Shown one piece after another: positions 21,007-30,879 of a stretch of 64,000 nt of DNA. A program made the position numbers and the translations under genes. Under the pieces are notes generated by a model. That model ran no database searches. It saw only the letters and a list, made by a program, of their open reading frames with translations, and was not told the origin of the DNA. Each line of letters starts with the position of its first letter. The stretch's first letter is position 1. Location of the stretch: IMG/VR virus record IMGVR_UViG_3300028797_000093; one strand, given 5' to 3'. The stretch comes from a virus. Its lineage: Duplodnaviria; Caudoviricetes.

Positions 21007-21297
21007 TTATTCATCCACCTCGTTTTTATCACCAAAAATATTTTTGCTAGCTTGATTCCAATCAAAATATCTTTGCTCTATTCTAATAAATCTAGTAATA
21101 CATAATAGCTCTAATACAGATAATAAGATAACCAACCAAGTTATTCTTAATAGACTAACAGGAATAAGAGCTATTAGTATTATTCTTTCTATTTTCCATG
21201 TATTATCTATAGTCTTCCAACTACTATCTTCATCCTCTTCTTCTTTATTCTTCCAATTCTTTATGCGTGAAAACTTTATCTGTATATCATCTCTCAT
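21007..21297 (-). CDS. Small membrane protein, paralog of 21298-21588
   Basis: ERIILIALIPVSL hydrophobic hairpin shared with its neighbour. Confidence 0.65.
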   Translation of the reverse strand: MRDDIQIKFSRIKNWKNKEEEDEDSSWKTIDNTWKIERIILIALIPVSLLRITWLVILLSVLELLCITRFIRIEQRYFDWNQASKNIFGDKNEVDE

Positions 21298-21588
21298 TTA
21301 TTCATCACCCTTATCAATTTTATATTCCGTTTCACCTAAATAGGAAGATAATTCTCTCCAATTGTTTTCCTCTTCTTCTATTTCTTTATTTAGTTTATTC
21401 TTATATATAATAAGTCCTAGTTCTATTAGAGATAATATAATAAGTAATACTATCCATCTAAATAGACTAATAGGAATAAGAGCTATTAATACATATCTTT
21501 CTACCTTATTTGCTGTATCTAACTCTTCTCTTTTATGCATATACATATATATCTTATCTGCTGTATCTAACTCTTCTCTTTTATTCAT
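21298..21588 (-). CDS. Small membrane protein with an N-terminal tandem repeat
   Basis: KREELDTA(D/N)K occurs twice; ERYVLIALIPISL. Confidence 0.65.
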   Translation of the reverse strand: MNKREELDTADKIYMYMHKREELDTANKVERYVLIALIPISLFRWIVLLIILSLIELGLIIYKNKLNKEIEEEENNWRELSSYLGETEYKIDKGDE

Positions 21589-22021
21589 AGATATAAATAT
21601 CTATATTATTAATATCATTAAAGTATTTAATAAGTATAGGTCTTACATCAGACCACTTCAATCCTCCTAGTCCACAACCCAGTTTAGGAATTGCTACAGA
21701 TTCTATAATATTTTGGTTAGATAGCCAGAAATCTCTAAGCTTTCTACATCCTTCTTCTATCCATTCGATTCTAGAAGGATCTTTCCAATGATCTTTAGTA
21801 GCAAAGTTGATTATTACAGTATGATCTTGAACTGTATAGTATATACCACCAGGTTTTAGAGCACCAGAATTACATACTACTTTATACGCTTCAAAATTGA
21901 TAGGATACTTATATTTAAAATCCAAAGCTAATCCTGCTCCCATAACTCCTTTACAGTTAACAGGGTTTATATAAGCATCATATTTAGTATCAAACATATT
22001 ACCATGAACAAAATGTATCAT
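21581..22021 (-). CDS. Macrodomain protein (DarG/Poa1p-like ADP-ribosylhydrolase)
   Basis: NPVNCKGVMGAGLA, IINFATKDHW, SVAIPKLGCGLGGLKW. Confidence 0.88.
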   Translation of the reverse strand: MIHFVHGNMFDTKYDAYINPVNCKGVMGAGLALDFKYKYPINFEAYKVVCNSGALKPGGIYYTVQDHTVIINFATKDHWKDPSRIEWIEEGCRKLRDFWLSNQNIIESVAIPKLGCGLGGLKWSDVRPILIKYFNDINNIDIYIYE

Positions 22022-22614
22022 ACTTCATCATCCTCGCCAGTATATGGAATATCATTAACTTGAAAATCTCCTGGCATAAATATATGATAGGTTCTAGGTT
22101 TTAAACCATTATTAAATCTTGTATATGGATTATTATTTCTAATCATATTACTAGTTTCATTTATAGCACTTTTTAAATCATCAATATCAAAATTAGGATT
22201 ATAATCTTCATATGGATGATTCTCTTCATATATTTCTTTAAAAGTAGCTCCTATAGGAAGAGCTGCTTCACTAGTAGATACTACATCTAATACATCAATA
22301 AGATCTTCTGATAAAACAGCTGATCCTCTCTTTTCGTAATTTATACCACAAAGTCTTCCAACTGCTCTGCCATACTTATCAATAATAGAATCTTTATATT
22401 CAAGAACTTCTCTATAACCATCATTAGCAGATTGTAGAGAGGCTATCTTTCTTTTCATATCTCTGCATTCTTCTACAGCAATTTCATAGTTATGGCTAAG
22501 AACTTCCAATTTATTTTTCAGTAGTTCATTCTCTTCTTTTACTTTATCATACATTTTAGATTTTTCAAGAATATTGATCATAAATTCTCCAACTCTTCTA
22601 TCAATTTCTTCCAT
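22018..22614 (-). CDS. Hypothetical coiled-coil protein
   Basis: AGGAGGT RBS, 198 aa. Confidence 0.65.
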   Translation of the reverse strand: MEEIDRRVGEFMINILEKSKMYDKVKEENELLKNKLEVLSHNYEIAVEECRDMKRKIASLQSANDGYREVLEYKDSIIDKYGRAVGRLCGINYEKRGSAVLSEDLIDVLDVVSTSEAALPIGATFKEIYEENHPYEDYNPNFDIDDLKSAINETSNMIRNNNPYTRFNNGLKPRTYHIFMPGDFQVNDIPYTGEDDEV

Positions 22615-22675
22615 AAATATATAAACCTCCTATTAAATATAATGGATAGTAATAGAATATTTATTCATCAAAAAT

Positions 22676-22815
22676 AACATTATAGTAATATTTAAGGTTT
22701 CTATATAATTGGCGGTTGCGGATGGCACGAGTGCGGGATGTTGGTTACAACCAAAAAGGAAATAGAAATAAAAAGATTGGAGCTCACAAAGCTAGTGGGC
22801 TCCAATCTCATTTTT
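22676..22815 (+). ncRNA. Candidate small RNA
   Basis: AACA-N6-TA at 22676-22687, GC-rich body, hairpin AGATTGGAGCTCAC..GTGGGCTCCAATCT with T-tail (the hairpin may simply serve the opposite gene). Confidence 0.3.
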
Positions 22816-22818
22816 ATA

Positions 22819-23613
22819 TTATATCTTTCTAACAGGTTTTACTTTACCTATTTTCTTTGTTGTTGGTACATTCTTAATCCTACCAACAGTAGATATATTC
22901 TTAACTTTATTCTTATTAGTATTTTCTTCTTCAGGAGCAGGAGTATTATCCTTCTCCTGTTGTTTCTGTCGTTTTTCTTCTAATCTTTTCTTTTTCTGAA
23001 GCTCTCTTTCAAGATCTTGTCTTGTAGTGAGCTTCTTATCCATATCTTCAAATTCTTTAATGAATTTTGATCTATTATATTCTTCCCCATATGCTTTGTA
23101 TATATATTTTTGAAACAGCTGTTTTAAATTCATAAACAGATATGCAAAATATAGAGTTTTTACATATCCAACTACGCCAGCTGGGTTTCTGATATGCTTA
23201 TCATCTTTATAAACAGCTTTAGGAACTTTAGATTTAAGTTCATCTACAAATAAATCTTTCTCCATAAATACATGTAGATACGTATAGAAGAAAGCAGGAT
23301 CATCTGAATAGAACTGAACTCTATAGTTGTTTAGATTCTGTTCTCCTTTATTAACCTTCTTATCTATAGGTAAGAATTTAATTACTACATCGTAGTAAAA
23401 ATTCTCTACAGTCTCAGAAGGCATCTTCATATAACAGAAGTAATGATCATTCCTATCATCGTAGTATAATTTATAGTATATATTACCAGCTTCTCTTAAT
23501 AGAAGCTTATCAAACTTTTCTGTGTATTCTTTTTTATATACATCTCTTCCAGAGAATATGGAAGAGCCTCTTCCCATGGGATTATTTATATATTGTTTAA
23601 AGGTCATTTCCAT
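22819..23613 (-). CDS. Hypothetical protein
   Basis: 264-aa ORF, AAGGGAG RBS, AACT-N6-TA at 23645-23656. Confidence 0.7.
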   Translation of the reverse strand: MEMTFKQYINNPMGRGSSIFSGRDVYKKEYTEKFDKLLLREAGNIYYKLYYDDRNDHYFCYMKMPSETVENFYYDVVIKFLPIDKKVNKGEQNLNNYRVQFYSDDPAFFYTYLHVFMEKDLFVDELKSKVPKAVYKDDKHIRNPAGVVGYVKTLYFAYLFMNLKQLFQKYIYKAYGEEYNRSKFIKEFEDMDKKLTTRQDLERELQKKKRLEEKRQKQQEKDNTPAPEEENTNKNKVKNISTVGRIKNVPTTKKIGKVKPVRKI

Positions 23614-23749
23614 AATAAGAACTTCTCCCTTACATTAACTCTTTTAATATAAAGTTAAATATACTATCATTAGGTACTATAGCCTTCTTTTTAATCTGAT
23701 TAGGTCAACATTTTGATAATAAATAAACTCGATAGAAAGGAGAAGGATT

Positions 23750-25993
23750 ATGGTTAGTTACGGTAAGCAAGAAGTAAGAGTCTATTACCAGAAAAGTACT
23801 AAAAATAAATCCTTCATTGAAATATATTCTTATCTCAAAAGCCAAGGGATAGAAAACTGTAAGTTCCACTTACAGCTATTCGATCCAGCTCTGGCAGCTA
23901 TTGATCCTCATGATCCTAACTTGTCTTATGATATGAAGCTTAGGGTTTTGAGAGAATGTAGATTTAACTATTGGTATTTTGTTCGAGAAGTTGTAAGGAT
24001 ACCATCTTCAGGTACTAATAGAGGTATCATGTATGAGCTCAATAGGGCAAACTTAGCTCTATCCTTCTGCTGCTCAATGAACCTTAATATATTTGAAGAG
24101 ATTCCTCGTCAGTGTGGTAAGACCACTGCAGTTCTTACATGGATTCTATGGCTGTTTAACTTTGGTACTGATAATGCAGAGATTAGCTTCCTGAATAAGA
24201 GACTACAAGATGCTACTTATAACCTAGGTGAGCTTAAAGGAATTAGAGATCTACTTCCTGAGTATCTTAAGATGAACTCTACATATACTACAGATGGTAA
24301 GAAGATTAAACCTAGAAGTAATGTAGAGACTATACAGCATCCATTTAATGGTAATATCATTCGTACTGTTGCATCAGCAAGAAACCAAACTTCTGCTGCA
24401 TCGCTAATGAGAGGTAGAACTGTACCTATTATATACGCAGACGAATGGGCATTCGTACCATATAACTATGTAATCTATCCTAATATGGTTCCTGCATTTA
24501 TGACTGCAGCAAACTATGCTAGAGCTAATGGTAAACCTTCAGGTATGATTATTACAACAACTCCTGGTGTACTTACTACCGATGAAGGTCTTTATGCATT
24601 CCATCAGAAAGATGCTGCTACTCAATTTAATGAGAAAATTTTCTATGGTGCTAATTATCAACAGTTGATGGATATCATCAACTCAAATCAAAATAGCAAC
24701 TTTGTATATATCAAATTTACTTATCAGCAACTTGGTAAGAGTGAGCAATGGTTTAAACAAATCTGTATCAATATGCAGTTGGATTGGCCTGCTATTAGAA
24801 GAGAGATTCTTCTAGAGTGGTCTCAGTCCAATAGTAACTGCCCATTCTCCCAGGAAGATCTTGATATTATTAAGTCTCTTGTTAAGAATCCTATAAACAC
24901 TATGGTATTCTTTAACAAGTTTAGCTTTAATATCTATGAGCAGCTTAATAACTTTAATCTAAATAGATATCCTCCGCTGATTGGTGTTGACGTATCTGGA
25001 GGTTATAATAAGGATAGTTCTGCTATAACTATAGTAGATAGTTATACAACAAAGGTTGTAGCAGATTTCAATTGCAACTATATATCTACACCAGAACTAG
25101 CATCTCTACTTATGGAACTGGTTAAGTATCTTCCTAATGCTGTTATTAATATAGAGCGAAATGGTGGATATGGAGCCAGTGTACTAGCTAAACTGGTTAG
25201 ATCTTCTATTAAAAGAAATCTATGGTACACTATAGAAGATAGAGTACTGGAAGAGAGATTTGGTGGAACTGGTCCTGTACAAAGAAGATCTCAAAAGATT
25301 AGAGTATACGGATCTGATTCCAGTAAGAGAAAAAGAGATGAATTAATAGAAATTCTAAGAGATAGAGTAGAGTATCATAAAGATAAAATTGTGTCTCCTA
25401 TACTGTATAATGAACTATGTGGTATGGAGATAAAAAAGAATGGTAAAGTAGAGCATTCTATAAACTCACATGATGACGGAATCTTCTCGTGGCTCTGGGC
25501 TCTTTATATGTATTACTCCGGTTCTGACCTTAAGACTAACTGGGGTATTGAGAGAAGAGTATTAAAAACAGATGCTGATCTTGAAGAAGCTGTATTTGGT
25601 ATTGATGATAATAAAGAAGATATAATTCAGGATATTGATCTTATAGAAGATGAGCAAGTAGAAGAACAGCTAAAAACTATTAAAGCAACCAGTGCTGTTC
25701 TATATGAGGATTGGGTAAAGTCTGAACATGAGAAAGATGAACAGGCTATGCAAAAGATCCTTGCTACTAAGCTAGGAAGAATGGCTTATCAACAGAAATA
25801 TAATGCTGTTCTTACTGAAGATCAAACTAGAATTACTACTATACCAGATGAAGTATTCAATCCAGCTTATGGATTAGATGATGATGATGAGTATTATAAT
25901 CCTAATGTGGGTAATATGAATAACATGTCTAAGAAATCTCTAGCTGATCAGTTTGATGCTTTCATGGCTGGTAATCTTACTAATAAATTCTAA
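23750..25993 (+). CDS. terL: Terminase large subunit
   Basis: Walker A PRQCGKT, Walker B IIYADE, motif III TTTP, RNase H-like nuclease GVDVSGG...HDD. Confidence 0.9.
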   Translation: MVSYGKQEVRVYYQKSTKNKSFIEIYSYLKSQGIENCKFHLQLFDPALAAIDPHDPNLSYDMKLRVLRECRFNYWYFVREVVRIPSSGTNRGIMYELNRANLALSFCCSMNLNIFEEIPRQCGKTTAVLTWILWLFNFGTDNAEISFLNKRLQDATYNLGELKGIRDLLPEYLKMNSTYTTDGKKIKPRSNVETIQHPFNGNIIRTVASARNQTSAASLMRGRTVPIIYADEWAFVPYNYVIYPNMVPAFMTAANYARANGKPSGMIITTTPGVLTTDEGLYAFHQKDAATQFNEKIFYGANYQQLMDIINSNQNSNFVYIKFTYQQLGKSEQWFKQICINMQLDWPAIRREILLEWSQSNSNCPFSQEDLDIIKSLVKNPINTMVFFNKFSFNIYEQLNNFNLNRYPPLIGVDVSGGYNKDSSAITIVDSYTTKVVADFNCNYISTPELASLLMELVKYLPNAVINIERNGGYGASVLAKLVRSSIKRNLWYTIEDRVLEERFGGTGPVQRRSQKIRVYGSDSSKRKRDELIEILRDRVEYHKDKIVSPILYNELCGMEIKKNGKVEHSINSHDDGIFSWLWALYMYYSGSDLKTNWGIERRVLKTDADLEEAVFGIDDNKEDIIQDIDLIEDEQVEEQLKTIKATSAVLYEDWVKSEHEKDEQAMQKILATKLGRMAYQQKYNAVLTEDQTRITTIPDEVFNPAYGLDDDDEYYNPNVGNMNNMSKKSLADQFDAFMAGNLTNKF

Positions 25994-26023
25994 AAAAATA
26001 AACTGGGATTTGGAGAGGGGTGA

Positions 26024-26254
26024 TTAACCCCTCTCCTTTTTCAGCTTCCGGTTGCAGTAGCACCAGAAGCAGAAATTGTTGATGCCAACGGTGCAAAATG
26101 CCATGCTGAAAGACATGGCAGTTACTACGAGGCCTTCCTCGTGAATGATATGTCCCAAAACAGCGATGAGCATAATCATCGCAGACACAAGAGCATTGCC
26201 CAGAGTTTTGCTGGATGCAAGTTCTTTGTTTTCTTTAGTGATAGCATACTTCAT
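26024..26254 (-). CDS. Small membrane protein (GC-richer codon usage)
   Basis: Two hydrophobic segments; AAGGGGA RBS. Confidence 0.6.
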   Translation of the reverse strand: MKYAITKENKELASSKTLGNALVSAMIMLIAVLGHIIHEEGLVVTAMSFSMAFCTVGINNFCFWCYCNRKLKKERG

Positions 26255-26365
26255 TTTATTATCCCCTTCTGGTTTTAACGAGTATCCTTCTCTTTATTTT
26301 TATTTAATTGAATACATTATAGTAGAGAGTGAGCTGAATGTTACTCGACTCACTCTCTAAGGCTA

Positions 26366-26548
26366 TCAGGCCTTCATTTTATTACTGTTCCCAGAATAAC
26401 AATTACTGGTTATAGGGAATCGAACTCCAGGATTCTTGAATAGTTCATAGTATTCTTGCTGGAGTTTATATTTTTCCAGTTCTTTGTTATCAGGACCAGT
26501 TACTCTGACAGTTCTTTCGAACTTTTCAGAGAGCTTCATGTATCTCAC
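26366..26548 (-). CDS. Hypothetical protein
   Basis: AAAGGAGGTG RBS. Confidence 0.55.
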   Translation of the reverse strand: MRYMKLSEKFERTVRVTGPDNKELEKYKLQQEYYELFKNPGVRFPITSNCYSGNSNKMKA

Positions 26549-26699
26549 CTCCTTTCAGAGTTGGGATACAAGTTAGATAGTATCTGTTGCTGCAGATACT
26601 ATCTATACTTATTCAATACTATATTATATAACTATAAATATCGACTTTTACAAATAACAAAAAAGAAAGGGATAGGTAATTCTACCTATCCCTATTATA

Positions 26700-27074
26700 T
26701 TATTTCAAATAACCATCTTGAATAGTAATTCCAATATTCTCTTCACAATATGTTTTATATTTTCCACATATAGGATCAAGCACTTCTCCATTTTCATCTG
26801 GCTCTCTTGTATACTCTGAGTATTCAGTCAAGATAGATGGACAGTTCTCTTCTACCCATTCTCTCTTAGCAGTTATGAAGAAGTATATATCCATTACATA
26901 TGGAACCAATATAACACATAGTTTATTTTCTTTTACCCAGTCTTCATCTTGGAATACGGATTTATTATCTTTCTCACCAAGCATCCAACTAATATAAGGT
27001 TCCTCTTCAGGATAGTACCAATCATTCAAATAGAAGTATACTACATCATTCATTATCTTCCTCTTCATCATCAT
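26700..27074 (-). CDS. Hypothetical protein, paralog of 27046-27519
   Basis: DVVYFYLNDW ... TAKREWVEENC shared. Confidence 0.7.
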   Translation of the reverse strand: MMMKRKIMNDVVYFYLNDWYYPEEEPYISWMLGEKDNKSVFQDEDWVKENKLCVILVPYVMDIYFFITAKREWVEENCPSILTEYSEYTREPDENGEVLDPICGKYKTYCEENIGITIQDGYLK

Positions 27075-27519
27075 CTATATCATAAGGCTGTTGATAGAAA
27101 TGAGCGCCAAAGTTATCTTCTTCATATTCTAAGAACGGCCAACTGTCTACTTTACTATACACTTCATCAGGATATTTAGGATCACTTGGATAACTCAAGA
27201 AATCAGAATATTTCTTACTGTGTTCTTTTATAGTATCTTCACCTTTATAATGAATAATTGTCTTATAAGTATAACTCTCATCTGTTAACAATTGTGAACA
27301 ATTCTTCTCTACCCATTCCCTTGTAGCTGTAACTATATAGTTATCAGACATGTCTATCATTCCATATCTGACACAGATCTTATTCTTTTTACACCAGTCA
27401 TCATCTGATAATTGATGTGTTCTAATCCAACTATCAAAAGGTTCTCCAGGAGGATAATTTCTTCCTCTAAACCAATTGTTTAATTCAAAGTATATTACAT
27501 CAGTTCCCAAAGTACTCAA
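27046..27519 (-). CDS. Hypothetical protein, paralog of 26700-27074
   Basis: DVIYFELNNW ... TATREWVEKNC. Confidence 0.7.
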   Translation of the reverse strand: MSTLGTDVIYFELNNWFRGRNYPPGEPFDSWIRTHQLSDDDWCKKNKICVRYGMIDMSDNYIVTATREWVEKNCSQLLTDESYTYKTIIHYKGEDTIKEHSKKYSDFLSYPSDPKYPDEVYSKVDSWPFLEYEEDNFGAHFYQQPYDIDDDEEEDNE

Positions 27520-27857
27520 CCCTCTGTATCTTCAATAGGACAACCAGAATCCCAATAATCAGAATCTGGATCTTCTATCTCTTTCTCAGTAATCTCATAT
27601 CCAGGATATCCATTTGCCCAATCTTCATCATTTGGTTCTCCATCATATTCAGCACCAGTAAACTGATTATAGTCAAATTGATCTCTAATAATCACAATAT
27701 TTTCAGTTACATCAGGATTCTCTGTATCATAGAAAGATAATACATCAATATTATTAACTGTATTCTGTTCTCCAATATTGGAGATAAATGCTACATTAAT
27801 ATCACCATATTCTTCTTTATATTTTTGAAGAATATTCATCACTTCACTGATCTTCAT
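27516..27857 (-). CDS. Hypothetical protein of a small paralogous family
   Basis: MKISEV..L..Y...YGDI.V pattern shared with the next two ORFs. Confidence 0.65.
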   Translation of the reverse strand: MKISEVMNILQKYKEEYGDINVAFISNIGEQNTVNNIDVLSFYDTENPDVTENIVIIRDQFDYNQFTGAEYDGEPNDEDWANGYPGYEITEKEIEDPDSDYWDSGCPIEDTEG

Positions 27858-28104
27858 TCTCTGCTTCCTCCTCTTCTTTCTTCTTTAAAGTACTATAATC
27901 AAATTTATTTTTTAAGTTAATAAACACATTAAATCCTACATGATCTCCATTATCATCATTAACAGATACAGCACATAAATCAATATTACAAATCTGATTA
28001 GTAATACCATTATCAGAAGTATATATCACAGGAATATCTCCAAACATCTTTTCATATTGAGATAATGTTTTTAATAATTCAGAAAGTCCTATTGGTTTGT
28101 CCAT
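27844..28104 (-). CDS. Hypothetical protein of a small paralogous family
   Basis: LSELLKTLSQYEKMFGDIPV. Confidence 0.65.
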   Translation of the reverse strand: MDKPIGLSELLKTLSQYEKMFGDIPVIYTSDNGITNQICNIDLCAVSVNDDNGDHVGFNVFINLKNKFDYSTLKKKEEEEAENEDQ

Positions 28105-28123
28105 AAGAATATTCCTTTCTATT

Positions 28124-28330
28124 TTATTCTATATATCCAAGAAATGCAATTGTGGTCTCTTTATGATTTTCATCTATATCTTTATTTGTAATCTGTAGTG
28201 TTAATGTGTCTTCTACAGCTGTAAATTTATAATCCTCTTCACTATTTTGAATTACGATCATTGCTGGGCAATCACCATATTGATTGATATGGTCATTAAG
28301 TCTTTTTACCAATTCACTAATAAGAATCAT
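28124..28330 (-). CDS. Hypothetical protein of a small paralogous family
   Basis: ISELVKRLNDHINQYGDCPA. Confidence 0.65.
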   Translation of the reverse strand: MILISELVKRLNDHINQYGDCPAMIVIQNSEEDYKFTAVEDTLTLQITNKDIDENHKETTIAFLGYIE

Positions 28331-28432
28331 AATAAGCTCCCCTTTCTATTAGTCGTCTATATGATATATGATTAAATTACATATTAATAAAAGAAATATA
28401 ATTCTCATCATAAAGGAGATATCTATATAGCT

Positions 28433-29188
28433 ATGAATAGAATGGAACAGCTTTTAAATAAAATAGAACGTAGATTAGGAACCAGACTCCTAAATCTACC
28501 TAAAGAAATTGCTAAAGATACATGGGCAGATGTAATAGATGAAGATACTCTTTCTACATTCTCTAGATATTTTCCAAATGATATTTTATATCTTCTAGAT
28601 ATTAATACACCTAAAAAGAATGGTTGGTACTTAATTGATGAAGAAAAAATAAACTCTGCAGAGATTATTGGTGTTGGTGATATTGACTTTAGTGTATTGT
28701 CCAAGACTTCTATATATGGATCTGTTCAATATGGATATCTAGATACTATTGCTACATCATATGGTATTGATGACGTATTTAGATTCCAAGCTCTTAGTGA
28801 TCTTACTTCAATATTCCAGAACAATCTATATTTAGAGTTTAAAGCACCTAATATGGTAAAGATTACAGACTCTGTTAATATTGATAATATTAAGAGTCTA
28901 AGGACAGTTCCTATCCGTCTATTCACTAAACATCCTAAGAATCTAATGACTATCAGTCAAACTCAGATGGAAACATTTGAACAACTAGCAATCTGTGATG
29001 TTGCCAGCTATCTATATGAGAATCTTAAACTGTTTGATGGTCTTGAAAATGTATATGCTAATATAGATCTTAAATTACAAGATCTACAAGAGAAAGCCAG
29101 TAGAAGAGATGAGATAGTACAGAAGCTGGATGATGCTCATGTCAGCTTTGCTAACAATATGTATCAACCAATGATACTTACAGTATAA
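28433..29188 (+). CDS. Conserved jumbo-phage protein, possibly virion neck/structural
   Basis: 251-aa ORF with AAAGGAG RBS; function not recognisable. Confidence 0.6.
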   Translation: MNRMEQLLNKIERRLGTRLLNLPKEIAKDTWADVIDEDTLSTFSRYFPNDILYLLDINTPKKNGWYLIDEEKINSAEIIGVGDIDFSVLSKTSIYGSVQYGYLDTIATSYGIDDVFRFQALSDLTSIFQNNLYLEFKAPNMVKITDSVNIDNIKSLRTVPIRLFTKHPKNLMTISQTQMETFEQLAICDVASYLYENLKLFDGLENVYANIDLKLQDLQEKASRRDEIVQKLDDAHVSFANNMYQPMILTV

Positions 29189-29315
29189 AAAGTAAAAAAT
29201 CAAATTACATCCATATCCACCGTATTATAAAATACTCAATAGTATTTTATATAATTGAAAAAATCGACTTTTACAAAATTGAGAATAGAGGGTATTTTGC
29301 CCTCTATTCTCTTAT

Positions 29316-29951
29316 TTATATAGCTTCAAATACTCTGGAAACTAAATGATTTATTCTATCATAATCTCCACATGGATATACAATAATCTCTATATATCCT
29401 TTTTGTGGATCATTTGGTTCTTCTTTATTTGGAACTATGTTGTTAATAAATGGAGCTAATGCTAGAAAGAGTAGATTATTCTTAATTCCATTAGGAAAAG
29501 TTAAAAATATCATATAATCTTTAGCATCATTAGGATCTTCTGACTTCTCTACTAAAAAGTTTCTGATCTCTTTTGGAATCCATGCACTTTTTAGTACTTT
29601 ATATTCCATGAGTTTAGTCATTAGAGAAGTATCATATTTTTCTGAATTTACAGTTTCACCTGATAGAGTTAAATACTCTAATATAGTAGGTATATGATTA
29701 CTCTCTATAATATCTCTTATCATATCTTTATTAGTCTCAGAAACTATATGATCACAATAATCTTTATTTACTATAACAGTTCCTTCTTGTCCTCTTTCAT
29801 TAGCAATCTTTAAAATCATATCTCCAGGTTCTGGAAATTGTTTTTTCTGTCTAATAGCTTCTCTTATCATCTCAGTAGTCTTCTTTTCTGAAATTACAGA
29901 TAGAAGTTCTGATACATTTTCATACAATGGAAATCCTTGAGATAGGTCCAT
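29316..29951 (-). CDS. Hypothetical protein
   Basis: 211-aa ORF. Confidence 0.65.
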   Translation of the reverse strand: MDLSQGFPLYENVSELLSVISEKKTTEMIREAIRQKKQFPEPGDMILKIANERGQEGTVIVNKDYCDHIVSETNKDMIRDIIESNHIPTILEYLTLSGETVNSEKYDTSLMTKLMEYKVLKSAWIPKEIRNFLVEKSEDPNDAKDYMIFLTFPNGIKNNLLFLALAPFINNIVPNKEEPNDPQKGYIEIIVYPCGDYDRINHLVSRVFEAI

Positions 29952-29978
29952 ATGATAAACTCAATCCTTTCCATATGA

Positions 29979-30776
29979 TTATTCTAAACTTTCTATAGAT
30001 TGAGCAGTCTTACTACTTGGTAGTAATCTCCTGATAGACTCTTTTCTATTATTATTGTTTTGTTTAATATCTGTTCTCTCCCACACATTATCACTATCAT
30101 TATCTTCTGTTGTGAAAGAATATAGAAAAGACCCAAGTTCAGGTCTTCCAAGATAATTTAACATAAGCTGAGCAGATTCATACATATTAATGCTATCTAT
30201 AATATATTTAAAACCCATAAATCTATTAAGAGTTAATCTGATTCCAAAACTATCAGAAAAACCCATAAATATACCTGGCTCTTTATCATCAACACCTGTA
30301 GGTCTTTCTACTATTATAGGTTTAAACTCTATATAAGTTCCTCCAGGTAACTGACTTATAATGTAACTAGGAGTTGGAGATGTCATAATTAATTTTCCAT
30401 TTCTAGTTGCATATAGTCCTTCATATTGTTTATCATTAAACCAACTAAATACTGCTTGTAATCCAATCCTTATAGATAATATATCTTGCACTTTAATGGG
30501 AACAAATATTCTATCTTCACCGTTTCTTCTATAATAAGTCTCTAGACTTAGATAATAATCAAAACTTCTTCTAATAGTCTTTAAATAATTATAAGAAGTT
30601 TTATTTGAAGGATATTTGAACTCTTTATGAAAACCGCTTCTTCTACCTGTCTCTTTATCATAGTGTGCTAATATTACATTAAATCTTAATAGAAGATTAC
30701 TGGATAACCAATAAAGATCATCAGTCATCTTTTCATAAGATGAATAAACCAACGGATCTATCAAAGAAGATGGCAT
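29979..30776 (-). CDS. Hypothetical protein
   Basis: 265-aa ORF, AAGGAGGG RBS. Confidence 0.7.
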   Translation of the reverse strand: MPSSLIDPLVYSSYEKMTDDLYWLSSNLLLRFNVILAHYDKETGRRSGFHKEFKYPSNKTSYNYLKTIRRSFDYYLSLETYYRRNGEDRIFVPIKVQDILSIRIGLQAVFSWFNDKQYEGLYATRNGKLIMTSPTPSYIISQLPGGTYIEFKPIIVERPTGVDDKEPGIFMGFSDSFGIRLTLNRFMGFKYIIDSINMYESAQLMLNYLGRPELGSFLYSFTTEDNDSDNVWERTDIKQNNNNRKESIRRLLPSSKTAQSIESLE

Positions 30777-30879
30777 AATAATATACCCTCCTTTTATTCT
30801 TATTAATCTTATATTATATAACTAATAAAAAATAATCCCCCACCAAATTAATGGTGAGGGACTATTTTTGCTGAGGAAA

